From the NCBI GenBank assembly GCA_964016885.1, contig OZ024741.1, forward strand, positions 397,234,001-397,298,000: a stretch of 64,000 nt of DNA, written 5' to 3'. Both the position numbers and the translations under genes were made by a program. Under the pieces are notes generated by a model. It saw only the letters and a list, made by a program, of their open reading frames with translations, ran no database searches and was not told where the DNA came from. This DNA is from Eledone cirrhosa. Taxonomy: Eukaryota. Below, in pieces: positions 1-13,360 of this stretch (position 1 is the stretch's first letter; every line of letters begins with the position of its first letter).

Positions 1-2794
1 TTCTCTCATTCTCCCCATCTCTCTTTCACTCACTACCTCCGTCTCTGTCACTCTCCCCATCTCTCTCTTTCACTCACTACCTCCGTCTCTCTCACTCTCC
101 CATCTCTCTCTTTCACTCACTACCTCCGTCTCACTCACTCTCCCCATCTCTCTCTTTTACTCACTACCTCCATCTCTCTCACTCCCTCTCCCCATCTCTC
201 TCTTTCACTCACTACCTCCGTCTCTCTCACTCTCCCCATCTCTCTCTCTCACTCACTACCTCCGTTTCTCTCACTCTCCCCATCTCTCTCTTTCACTCAC
301 TACTTCCGTCTCTCTCACTCTCCCCATCTCTCACTTTCACTCACTACCTCCGTGTCTCTCCCTCTTTCCATCTCTCTCTTTCACTCACTACCTCCGTTTC
401 TCTCCCTCTCCCCACCTCTCTCTTTCACTCACTACCTCCGTCTCTCTCACTCCCCCCATCTCTCTCTTTCACTCATTACCTCCACCTCTCTCACTCTCCC
501 CATCTCTCACTTTCACTCACTACCTCCGTTTCTCTCACTCTCCCCATCTCTCTCTTTCACTCACTATCTCCGTCTCTCTCACTCGCCCCATCTCTCTCTT
601 TCACTCACTACCTCCGTCTCTCTCACTCTCCCCATCTCTCTCTCTCACTCACTACCTCCGTTTCTCTCACTCTCTCCATCTCTCTTTTCACTCACTACCT
701 CCGTCTCTCTCACTCTCCCCATCTCTCTCTTTCACTCACTACCTCCGTATCTCTCACTCTCCCCATCTCTCACTTTCACTCACTACCTCTGTCTCTCTCA
801 CTCTCCCCATCTCTCACTTTCACTCAATACCTCCGTCTCTCTCCCTCTCCCCATCTCTCTCTTTCACTCACTACCTCCGTTTCTCTCACTCTCTCCACCT
901 CTCTCTTTCACTCACTACCTCCGTCTCTCTCACTCTCCCCATCTCTCTCTTTCACTCTCTACCTCCGTGTCTCTCACTCTCCCCATCTCTCTCTTTCACT
1001 CACTATCTCCGTTTCTCTCACTCTTCCCATCTCTCTCTTTCACTCACTACCTCCGTCTCACTCACTCTCCCCATCTCTCTCTTTCACTCACTACCTCCGT
1101 CTCTCTCACTCTACCATTTCTCTCTTTCACTCACTACCTCCGTCTCGCTCACTCTCCCCATCTCTCTTTTCACTCACTACCTCCGTCTCTCTTACTCTCC
1201 CCATCTCTCTCTTTCACTCACTACCTCTGCCTCTCTTACTCTCCCTATCTCTCTCTTTCACTCACTACCTCCATCTCTCTCAGTCTCCCCATCTCTCTCT
1301 TTCCCTCACTACCTCCATCTCTCTCATTCTCCCATTTCTCTCTTTCACTCACTACCTCCGTCTCACTCACTCTCCCCATCTCTCTCTTTCACTCACTTCC
1401 TCCGTCTCTCTCACTCTACCATTTCTCTCTTTCACTCACTACCTCCGTCTCGCTAACTCTCCCCATCTCACTTTTCACTCACTACCTCCGTCTCTCTCAC
1501 TATCCCTATCTCTCTCTTTCACTCACTACCTCCGTTCGTCTCACTCTCCCCATCTCTCTTTTCACTCACTACCTCCGTCTCTCTCACTCTCCCCATCTCC
1601 CTCTTTCACTCACTACCTCCCTCTCTCTCACTCTCCCCATCTCTCTTTTTCACTCACTACCACCGTCTCTCTCACTCTCCCCATTTCTCTCTTTCACTCA
1701 CTACCTCCGTTTCTCTCACTCTCCCCATCTCTCTTTTCCTCACTACCTCTGTCTCTCTCACTCTCACCATTTCTCTCTTTCACTCACGACCTCCGTCTCT
1801 CTCACTCTCCCCATCTCTCTCTTTCACTCACTACCTCCGTCTCTTTCACTCTCCCCATCTCTCTCTTTCACTCACTACCTCCGTTTCTCTCACTCTCCCC
1901 ATCTCTCTCTTTCACTCACTACCTCCGTCTCTCTCAATCTCCCATCTCTCTCTCTCATTCACTACCTCTGCCTCTCTTACTCTCCCTATCACTCTCTTTC
2001 ACTCACTACCTCCGTCTTACTCACTCTCCCCATCTCTCTCTTTCACTCACTACCTCCACCTCTCTCACTCTCCCTATCTCTCTCTTTCACTCACTACCTC
2101 CATCTCTCTCACTCTCCCCATCTCTCTCTTTCAATCACCACCTCCTTCTCTCTCACTATCCTATTTCTCTCTTTCACTCACTACCTCCATCTCTCTCAAT
2201 CTCCCATCTCTCTCTTTCACTCACTACCTCCATCTCTCTCACTCTCCCCATCTCTCTCTTTCACTCACTACCTCCATCTCTCTCACTCTCCCATCTCTCA
2301 CTTTCACTCACTAACTCCATCTCTCTCACTCTCCCAATCTCTCTCACTCTCCCATCTCTCTGTTTCGCTCACTACCTACATCTCTCTCACTCTCCCTATC
2401 TTTCTCTTTCAATCACTACCTCCGTCTCCCTCACTCTCCCTATCTCTCTCTTTCAGTCACTACCTCCGTCTCTCTTACTCTCCCTACCTCTCTCTTTCAC
2501 TCTCTACCTCCGTCTCTCTCACTCTCCCCATCTCTCTTTTCACTCACTACCTCCGTCTCCCTCACTCTCCCCATCTCTCTCTTTCAATCACTACCTCCGT
2601 CTCTCTCACTCTCCCCATCTCTCTCTTTCACTCACTACCTCCGTCAATCTCACTCTCCCCATCTCTCTTTTCCACTCACTACCTCCGTCTCTTTCATTCT
2701 CCCCATCTCTCTCTCACACTCACTACCTCCGTTTCTCTCACTCTCCCCATCTCTCTCTTTTACTCACTACCTCCTCTCTCTCACTCTCCACATC

Positions 2795-5700
2795 TCTCTC
2801 TTTCACTCACTACCTCCGTATCTCTCACTCTTCCCAACTCTCACTTTCACTCACTACCTCCGTCTCTCTCACTCTCCCCATCTCTCACTTTCACTCACTA
2901 CCTCCGTCCCTCTCACTCTCCCCATCTCTCTCTTTCACTCACTACCTCCGTTTCTCTCACTCTCCCCACCTCTCTCTTTCACTCACTATCTCCGTCTCTC
3001 TCACTCTCCCCATCTCTCACTTTCACTCATTACCTCCACCTCTCTCATTCGCCCCATCTCTCACTTTCACTCACTACCTCCAATTCTCTCACTCTCCCAA
3101 TCTCTCTCTTTCACTCACTATCTCCGGCTCTCTCACTCTCCCCATCTCTCTCTTTCACTCACTACCTCCGTCTCTCTCACTCTCCCCATCTCTCTCTCTC
3201 ACTCACTACCTCCGTCTCTCTCACTCTCCCCATCTCTCTTTTCACTCACTACCTCCGTATCTCTCACTCTCCCCATCTCTCTCTTTCACTCACTACCTCC
3301 GTATCTCTCACTCTCCCCATCTCTCACTTTCACTCACTACCTCCGTCTCTCTCACTCTCCCCATCTCTCACTTTCACTCACTACCTCCGTCTCTCTCCCT
3401 CTCCCCATCTCTCTCTTTCGCTCACTACCTCCGTTTCTCTCACTCTCCCCACCTCTCTCTTTCACTCACTACCTCCGTCACTCTCACTCTCCCCATCTCT
3501 CTCTTTCACTCTCTACCTCCGTCTCTCTCACTCTCCCCATCTCTCTCTTTCACTCACTATCTCCGTTTCTCTCACTCTTCCCATCTCCCTCTTTCACACA
3601 CTACCTCCGTCTCACTCACTCTCCCCATCTCTCTCTTTCACTCACTACCTCCGTCTCTCTCACTCTACCATTTCTCTCTTTTACTCACTACCTCCGTCTC
3701 GCTCACTCTCCCCATCTCTCTTTTCACTCACTACCTCCGTCTCTCTTACTCTCCCCATCTCTCTCTTTCACTCACTACCTCTGCCTCTCTTACTCTCCCT
3801 ATCTCTCTCTTTCACTCACTACCTCCATCTCTCTCACTCTCCCCATCTCTCTCTTTCCCTCACTACCTCCATCTCTCTCATTCTCCCATTTCTCTCTTTC
3901 ACTCACTACCTACGTTTCACTCACTCTCCCCATCTCTCTCTTTCACTCACTACCTCCGTCTCGCTCACTCTCCCCATCTCTCTTTTCACTCACTACATCC
4001 GTCTCTCTCACTCTCCCTACCTCTCTCTTTCACTCACTACCTCCGTCCCTCTCACTCTCCCCATCTCTCTTTTCACTCACTACCTCCATTTCTCTCACTC
4101 TCCCCATCTCTCCTTCACTCACTACCTCTGCCTCTCTTACTCTCCCTATCTCTCTCTTTCACTCACTACCTCCATCTCTCTCACTCTCCCCATCTCTCTC
4201 TTTCACTCACTACCTCCATCTCTCTCATTCTCCCATTTCTCTCTTTCACTCACTACCTCCGTCTCACTCACTCTCCCCATCTCTCTCTTTCACTCACTAC
4301 CTCCGCCTCTCTCACTCTCCCTATCTCTCTCTTTCACTCACTACCTCCATCTATCTCACTCTCCCCATCTCTCTCTTTCACTCACTACCACCGTCATTCT
4401 TACTCTCCCCATCTCTCTCTTTCTCACACTACCTCTGCCTCTCTCACTCTCCCCATCTCTCCTTTCACTCACTACCTCCGTCTTTCTCACTCTCCCCATC
4501 TCTCTCTTTCTCTCACTACCTCCATCTCTCTCAATCTCCCATCTCTCACTTTCACTCACTAACTCCATCTCTCTCACTCTCCCAATCTCTCTCACTCTCC
4601 CTTCTCTCTCTTTCGCTCACTACCTACATCTCTCTCACTCTCCCTATCTTTCTCTTTCACTCACTACCTCCGTCTCTCTCACTCTCCCTATCTCTCTCTT
4701 TCAGTCACTACCTCCGTCTCTCTTACTCTCCCTACCTCTCTCTTTCACTCTCTACCTCCGTCTCTCTCACTCTCCGGATCTCTCTTTTCACTCACTACCT
4801 CCGTCTCTCTCACTCTCCCCATCTCTCTCTTTCAATCACTACCTCCGTCTCTCTCACTCTCCCCATCTCTCTCTTTCACTCACTACCTCCGTCTCTCTCA
4901 CTCTCCCCATCTCTCTTTTCCACTCACTACCTCCGTCTCTTTCATTCTCCCCATCTCTCTCTCACACTCACTACCTCCGTTTCTCTCACTCTCCCCATCT
5001 CTCTCTTTTACTCACTACCTCCTCTCTCTCACTCTCCCAATCTCTCTCTTTCACTCACTACCTCCGTATCTCTCACTCTCCCCATCTCTCACTTTCACTC
5101 ACTACCTCCGTCCATCTCCCTCTCCCCATCTCTCTCTTTCACTCACTACCTCCGTTTCTCTCACTCTCCACACGTCTCTCTTTCTCTCACTATCTCCGTC
5201 TCTCTCTCTTTCCCCATCTCTCTCTTTCACTCATTACCTCCACCTCTCTCACTCTCCCCATCTCTCACTTTCACTCACTACCTCCGTTTCTCTCAATCTC
5301 CCCATCTCTCTCTTTCACTCACTATCTCCGGCTCTCTCACTCTCCCCATCTCTCTCTTTCACTCACTACCTCCGTCTCTCTCACTCTCCCCATCTCTCTC
5401 TCTCACTCACTACCTCCGTCTCTCTCACTCTCCCCATCTCTCTTTTCACTCACTACCTCCGTCTCTCTCACTCTCCCCATCTCTCTCTTTCAATCACCAC
5501 CTCCTTCTCTCTCACTATCCTATTTCTCTCTTTCACTCACTACCTCCATCTCTCTCAATCTCCCATCTCTCTCTTTCACTCACTACCTCCATCTCTCTCA
5601 CTCTCCCCATCTCTCTCTTTCACTCACTACCTCCATCTCTCTCACTCTCCCATCTCTCACTTTCACTCACTAACTCCATCTCTCTCACTCTCCCAATCTC

Positions 5701-8700
5701 TCTCACTCTCCCATCTCTCTCTTTCGCTCACTACCTACATCTCTCTCACTCTCCCTATCTTTCTCTTTCACTCACTACCTCCGTCTCTCTCACTCGCCCT
5801 ATCTCTCTCTTTCAGTCACTACCTCCGTCTCTCTTACTCTCCCTACCTCTCTCTTTCACTCTCTACCTCCGTCTCTCTCACTTTCCCTATCTCTCTTTTC
5901 ACTCACTACCTCCGTCTCTCTCACTCTCCCCATCTCTCTCTTTCACTCACTACCTCCGTCTCTCTCTCTCTCCCCATCTCTCTCTTCCACTCACTACCTC
6001 CGTCTCTTTCATTCTCCCCATCTCTCTCTCTCACTCACTACCTCCGTTTCTCTCACTCTCCCCATCTCTCTCTTTTACTCACTACCTCCGTCTCTCTCAC
6101 TCTCCCCATCTCTCTCTTTCACTCACTACCTCCGTATCTTTCACTCTCCCCAACTCTCACTTTCACTCACTACCTCCGTCTCTCTCACTCTCCCCATCTC
6201 TCACTTTCACTCACTACCTCCGTCTCTCTCCCTCTCCCCATCTCTCTCTTTCACTCACTACCTCCGTTTCTCTCACTCTCCCCATCTCTCTCTTTCACTC
6301 ACTACCTCCGTCTCTCTCACTCTCCCCATCTCTCTCTTTCACTCATTACCTCCACCTCTCTCACTCTGCCCATCTCTCACTTTCACTCACTACCTCCGTT
6401 TCTCTCACTCTCCCCATCTCTCTCTTTCACTCACTAACTCCGTCTCTCTCACTCTCCCCATCTCTCTCTTTCACTCACTACCTCCGTCTCTCTCACTCTC
6501 CCCATCTCTCTCTCTCACTCACTACCTCCGTCTCTCTCACTCTCCCCATCTCTCTTTTCACTCACTACCTCCGTCTCTCTCACTCTCCCCATCTCTCTCT
6601 TTCACTCACTACCTCCGTATCTCTCACTCTCCCCATCTCTCACTTTCACTCACTACCTCCGTCTCTCTCACTCTCCCCATCTCTCTCTCTCACTCACTAC
6701 CTCCGTCTCTCTCACTATCCCCATCTCTCTTTTCACTCACTACCTCCGTCTCTCTCACTCTCCCCACCTCTCTCTTTCACTCACTACCTCCGTCTCTCTC
6801 ACTCTCCCCATCTCTCACTTTCACCCACTACCTCCGTTTCTCTCAATCTCCCCATCTCTCTCTTTCACTCACTATCTCCGGCTCTCTCACTCTCCCCATC
6901 TCTCTCTTTCACTCACTACCTCCGTCTCTCTCACTCTCCCCATCTCTCTCTCTCACTCACTACCTCCGTCTCTCTCACTCTCCCCATCTCTCTTTTCAAT
7001 CACCACCTCCTTCTCTCTCACTATCCTATTTCTCTCTTTCACTCACTACCTCCTTCTCTCTCAATCTCCCATCTCTCTCTTTCACTCACTACCTCCATCT
7101 CTCTCACTCTCCCCATCTCTCTCTTTCACTCACTACCACCATCTCTCTCACTCTCCCATCTCTCACTTTCACTCACTAACTCCATCTCTCTCACTCTCCC
7201 AATCTCTCTCACTCTCCCATCTCTCTCTTTCGCTCACTACCTACATCTCTCTCACTCTCCCTATCTTTCTCTTTCACTCACTACCTCCGTCTCTCTCACT
7301 CGCCCTATCTCTCTCTTTCAGTCACTACCTCCGTCTCTCTTACTCTCCCTACCTCTCTCTTTCACTCTCTACCTCCGTCTCTCTCACTCTCCCCATCTCT
7401 CTCTTTCACTCACTACCTCCGTCTCTCTCACTCTCCCCATCTCTCTCTCTCACTCACTACCTCCGTCTCTCTCACTCTCCCCATCTCTCTTTTCACTCAC
7501 TACCTCCGTCTCTCTCACTCTCCCCATCTCTCTCTTTCACTCACTACCTCCGTATCTCTCACTCTCCCCATCTCTCTCTTTCACTCACTACCTCCGTCTC
7601 TCTCACTCTCCCCATCTCTCTCTTTCACTCACTACCTCCGTCTCTCTCACTCTCCCCATCTCTCTCTTTCACTCACTACCTCCGTCTCTCTCACTCTCCC
7701 CATCTCTCTCTTTCACTCACTACCTCCGTTTCTCTCACTCTCCCCATCTCTCTCTTTCACTCACAACCTCCGTCTCTCTCATTCTCCCATTTCTCTCTTT
7801 CACTCACTACCTCCGTCTCACTCACTCTACCCATCTCTCTCTTTCACTCACTACCTCCGTCTCTCTCACTCTACCATTTCTCTCTTTCACTCACTACCTG
7901 CGTCTCGCTCACTCTCCCCATCTCTCTTTTCACTCACTACCTCCGTTTCTCTCACTCTCCCTACCTCTCTCTTTCACTCACTACCTCCGTCCCTCTCACT
8001 CTCCCCATCTCTCTTTTCACTCACTACCTCCGTTTCTCTCACTCTCCTCATCTCTCTTTCACTCACTACCCCCGTCTCTCTCACTCTCCCCATCTCTCTC
8101 TTTCACTCACTATCTCCGTTTCTCGCACTCTCCCCATCTCTCTTTTCCCTCACTACCTCTGTCTCTCTCACTCTCCCCATTTCTCTCTTTCACTCACGAC
8201 CTCCGTCTCTCTCACTCTCCCCATCTCTCTCTTTCACTCACTACCTCCGTATCTCTCACTCTTCCCAACTCTCACTTTCACTCACTACCTCCGTCTCTCT
8301 CACTCTCCCCATCTCTCACTTTCACTCACTACCTCCGTCCCTCTCACTCTCCCCATCTCTCTCTTTCACTCACTACCTCCGTTTCTCTCACTCTCCCCAC
8401 CTCTCTCTTTCACTCACTATCTCCGTCTCTCTCACTCTCCCCATCTCTCACTTTCACTCATTACCTCCACCTCTCTCATTCGCCCCATCTCTCACTTTCA
8501 CTCACTACCTCCAATTCTCTCACTCTCCCAATCTCTCTCTTTCACTCACTATCTCCGGCTCTCTCACTCTCCCCATCTCTCTCTTTCACTCACTACCTCC
8601 GTCTCTCTCACTCTCCCCATCTCTCTCTCTCACTCACTACCTCCGTCTCTCTCACTCTCCCCATCTCTCTTTTCACTCACTACCTCCGTATCTCTCACTC

Positions 8701-11700
8701 TCCCCATCTCTCTCTTTCACTCACTACCTCCGTATCTCTCACTCTCCCCATCTCTCACTTTAACTCACTACCTCCGTCTCTCTCACTCTCCCCATCTCTC
8801 ACTTTCACTCACTACCTCCGTCTCTCTCCCTCTCCCCATCTCTCTCTTTCGCTCACTACCTCCGTTTCCCTCACTCTCCCCACCTCTCTCTTTCACTCAC
8901 TACCTCCGTCACTCTCACTCTCCCCATCTCTCTCTTTCACTCTCTACCTCCGTCTCTCTCACTCTCCCCATCTCTCTCTTTCACTCACTATCTCCGTTTC
9001 TCTCACTCTTCCCATCTCCCTCTTTCACACACTACCTCCGTCTCACTCACTCTCCCCATCTCTCTCTTTCACTCACTACCTCCGTCTCTCTCACTCTACC
9101 ATTTCTCTCTTTTACTCACTACCTCCGTCTCGCTCACTCTCCCCATCTCTCTTTTCACTCACTACCTCCGTCTCTCTTACTCTCCCCATCTCTCTCTTTC
9201 ACTCACTACCTCTGCCTCTCTTACTCTCCCTATCTCTCTCTTTCACTCACTACCTCCATCTCTCTCACTCTCCCCATCTCTCTCTTTCCCTCACTACCTC
9301 CATCTCTCTCATTCTCCCATTTCTCTCTTTCACTCACTACCTACGTTTCACTCACTCTCCCCATCTCTCTCTTTCACTCACTACCTCCGTCTCGCTCACT
9401 CTCCCCATCTCTCTTTTCACTCACTACATCCGTCTCTCTCACTCTCCCTACCTCTCTCTTTCACTCACTACCTCCGTCCCTCTCACTCTCCCCATCTCTC
9501 TTTTCACTCACTACCTCCATTTCTCTCACTCTCCCCATCTCTCCTTCACTCACTACCTCCGTCTCTCTCACTCTCCCCATCTCTCTCTTTCACTCACTAC
9601 CTCCCTCTCTCTCACTCTCCCCATCTCTCTCTTTCACTCACTACCTCCGTCTCTCTCACTCTCCCCATTTCTCTCTTTCACTCACGACCTCCGTCTCTCT
9701 CACTCTCCCCATCTCTCTCTTTCACTCACTACCTCCGTTTCTCTCACTCTCCCCATCTCTCTCTTTCACTCACTACCTCCGTCTCTCTCATTCTCCCATC
9801 TCTCTCTTTCACTCACTACCTCCGTCGCTCTCACCCTCCCTATCTTTCTCTTTTACTCACTACCTGCGTCTCTCTCACTCTCCCATTTCTCTCTTTCACT
9901 CACTACCTCCGTCTCTCTCACTCTCCCCATCTCTCTCTTTCACTCACTACCTCCATCTCTCTCATTCTCCCATTTCTCTCTTTCACTCACTACCTCCGTC
10001 TCACTCACTCTCCCCATCTCTCTCTTTCACTCACTACCTCCGCCTCTCTCACTCTCCCTATCTCTCTCTTTCACTCACTACCTCCATCTATCTCACTCTC
10101 CCCATCTCTCTCTTTCACTCACTACCACCGTCATTCTTACTCTCCCCATCTCTCTCTTTCTCACACTACCTCTGCCTCTCTTACTCTCCCTATCTCTCTC
10201 TTTCACTCACTACCTCCATCTCTCTCACTCTCCCCATCTCTCCTTTCACTCACTACCTCCGTCTTTCTCACTCTCCCCATCTCTCTCTTTCTCTCACTAC
10301 CTCCATCTCTCTCAATCTCCCATCTCTCACTTTCACTCACTAACTCCATCTCTCTCACTCTCCCAATCTCTCTCACTCTCCCTTCTCTCTCTTTCGCTCA
10401 CTACCTACATCTCTCTCACTCTCCCTATCTTTCTCTTTCACTCACTACCTCCGTCTCTCTCACTCTCCCTATCTCTCTCTTTCAGTCACTACCTCCGTCT
10501 CTCTTACTCTCCCTACCTCTCTCTTTCACTCTCTACCTCCGTCTCTCTCACTCTCCGGATCTCTCTTTTCACTCACTACCTCCGTCTCTCTCACTCTCCC
10601 CATCTCTCTCTTTCAATCACTACCTCCGTCTCTCTCACTCTCCCCATCTCTCTCTTTCACTCACTACCTCCGTCTCTCTCACTCTCCCCATCTCTCTTTT
10701 CCACTCACTACCTCCGTCTCTTTCATTCGCCCCATCTCTCTCTCACACTCACTACCTCCGTTTCTCTCACTCTCCCCATCTCTCTCTTTTACTCACTATC
10801 TCCTCTCTCTCACTCTCCCAATCTCTCTCTTTCACTCACTACCTCCGTATCTCTCACTCTCCCCATCTCTCACTTTCACTCACTACCTCCGTCCCTCTCC
10901 TTCTCCCCATCTCTCTCTTTCACTCACTACCTCCGTTTCTCTCACTCTCCACACGTCTCTCTTTCTCTCACTATCTCCGTCTCTCTCACTCTCCCCATCT
11001 CTCTCTTTCACTCATTACCTCCACCTCTCTCACTCTCCCCATCTCTCACTTTCACTCACTACCTCCGTTTCTCTCAATCTCCCCATCTCTCTCTTTCACT
11101 CACTATCTCCGGCTCTCTCACTCTCCCCATCTCTCTCTTTCACTCACTACCTCCGTCTCTCTCACTCTCCCCATCTCTCTCTCTCACTCACTACCTCCGT
11201 CTCTCTCACTCTCCCCATCTCTCTTTTCACTCACTACCTCCGTCTCTCTCACTCTCCCCATCTCTCTCTTTCAATCACCACCTCCTTCTCTCTCACTATC
11301 CTATTTCTCTCTTTCACTCACTACCTCCATCTCTCTCAATCTCCCATCTCTCTCTTTCACTCACTACCTCCATCGCTCTCACTCTCCCCATCTCTCTCTT
11401 TCACTCACTACCTCCATCTCTCTCACTCTCCCATCTCTCACTTTCACTCACTAACTCCATCTCTCTCACTCTCCCAATCTCTCTCACTCTCCCATCTCTC
11501 TCTTTCGCTCACTACCTACATCTCTCTCACTCTCCCTATCTTTCTCTTTCACTCACTACCTCCGTCTCTCTCACTCGCCCTATCTCTCTCTTTCAGTCAC
11601 TACCTCCGTCTCTCTTACTCTCCCTACCTCTCTCTTTCACTCTCTACCTCCGTCTCTCTCACTTTCCCCATCTCTCTTTTCACTCACTACCTCCGTCTCT

Positions 11701-13360
11701 CTCACTCTCCCCATCTCTCTCTTTCACTCACTACCTCCGTCTCTCTCTCTCTCCCCATCTCTCTCTTCCACTCACTACCTCCGTCTCTTTCATTCTCCCC
11801 ATCTCTCTCTCTCACTCACTACCTCCGTTTCTCTCACTCTCCCCATCTCTCTCTTTTACTCACTACCTCCGTCTCTCTCACTCTCCCCATCTCTCTCTTT
11901 CACTCACTACCTCCGTATCTTTCACTCTCCCCAACTCTCACTTTCACTCACTACCTCCGTCTCTCTCACTCTCCCCATCTCTCACTTTCACTCACTACCT
12001 CCGTCTCTCTCCCTCTCCCCATCTCTCTCTTTCACTCACTACCTCCGTTTCTCTCACTCTCCCCATCTCTCTCTTTCACTCACTACCTCCGTCTCTCTCA
12101 CTCTCCCCATCTCTCTCTTTCACTCATTACCTCCACCTCTCTCACTCTCCCCATCTCTCACTTTCACTCACTACCTCCGTTTCTCTCACTCTCCCCATCT
12201 CTCTCTTTCACTCACTAACTCCGTCTCTCTCACTCTCCCCATCTCCCTCTTTCACTCACTACCTCCGTCTCTCTCACTCTCCCCATCTCTCTCTCTCACT
12301 CACTACCTCCGTCTCTCTCACTCTCCCCATCTCTCTTTTCACTCACTACCTCCGTCTCTCTCACTCTCCCCATCTCTCTCTCTCACTCACTACCTCTGTC
12401 TCTCTCACTATCCCCATCTCTCTTTTCACTCACTACCTCCGTCTCTCTCACTCTCCCCACCTCTCTCTTTCACTCACTACCTCCGTCTCTCTCACTCTCC
12501 CCATCTCTCACTTTCACTCACTACCTCCGTTTCTCTCAATCTCCCCATCTCTCTCTTTCACTCACTATCTCCGGCTCTCTCACTCTCCCCATCTCTCTCT
12601 TTCACTCACTACCTCCGTCTCTCTCACTCTCCCCATCTCTCTCTCTCACTCACTACCTCCGTCTCTCTCACTCTCCCCATCTCTCTTTTCACTCACTACC
12701 TCCGTCTCTCTCACTCTCCCCATCTCTCTCTTTCAATCACCACCTCCTTCTCTCTCACTATCCTATTTCTCTCTTTCACTCACTACCTCCATCTCTCTCA
12801 ATCTCCCATCTCTCTCTTTCACTCACTACCTCCATCTCTCTCACTCTCCCCATCTCTCTCTTTCACTCACTACCACCATCTCTCTCACTCTCCCATCTCT
12901 CACTTTCACTCACTAACTCCATCTCTCTCACTCTCCCAATCTCTCTCACTCTCCCATCTCTCTCTTTCGCTCACTACCTACATCTCTCTCACTCTCCCTA
13001 TCTTTCTCTTTCACTCACTACCTCCGTCTCTCTCACTCGCCCTATCTCTCTCTTTCAGTCACTACCTCCGTCTCTCTTACTCTCCCTACCTCTCTCTTTC
13101 ACTCTCTACCTCCGTCTCTCTCACTCTCCCCATCTCTCTCTTTCACTCACTACCTCCGTCTCTCTCACTCTCCCCATCTCTCTCTCTCACTCACTACCTC
13201 CGTCTCTCTCACTCTCCCCATCTCTCTTTTCACTCACTACCTCCGTCTCTCTCACTCTCCCCATCTCTCTCTTTCACTCACTACCTCCGTATCTCTCACT
13301 CTCCCCATCTCTCTCTTTCACTCACTACCTCCGTCTCTCTCACTCTCCCCATCTCTCTCT
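2795..13360 (+). repeat. Left-domain higher-order duplication: ~2795-7620 repeated at ~8226-13360 (offset 5431-5781 bp)
   Basis: Rare variants recur in the same order: ttcccaac 2836/8267, ccaattc 3082/8513 and tacgttt 3914/9345 (offset 5431); ccggatc 4776/10557 and cacacgt 5174/10955 (offset 5781); ttcagtc 7321/13058 (offset 5737). Confidence 0.9.

Noticed and set aside
4356-4595. 79-aa Arg/Glu-rich - strand ORF
   Set aside because: A chance stop-free run through about five variant monomers. The R/E/G composition is just the GA-rich strand.
352-5673. 1773-aa ORF as a real mucin-like or Ser/Leu-rich gene
   Set aside because: It is a direct translation of the satellite. The start is a chance GTG variant, there are no domains, and 42/43-bp monomers shift the frame freely without codon-level constraint.
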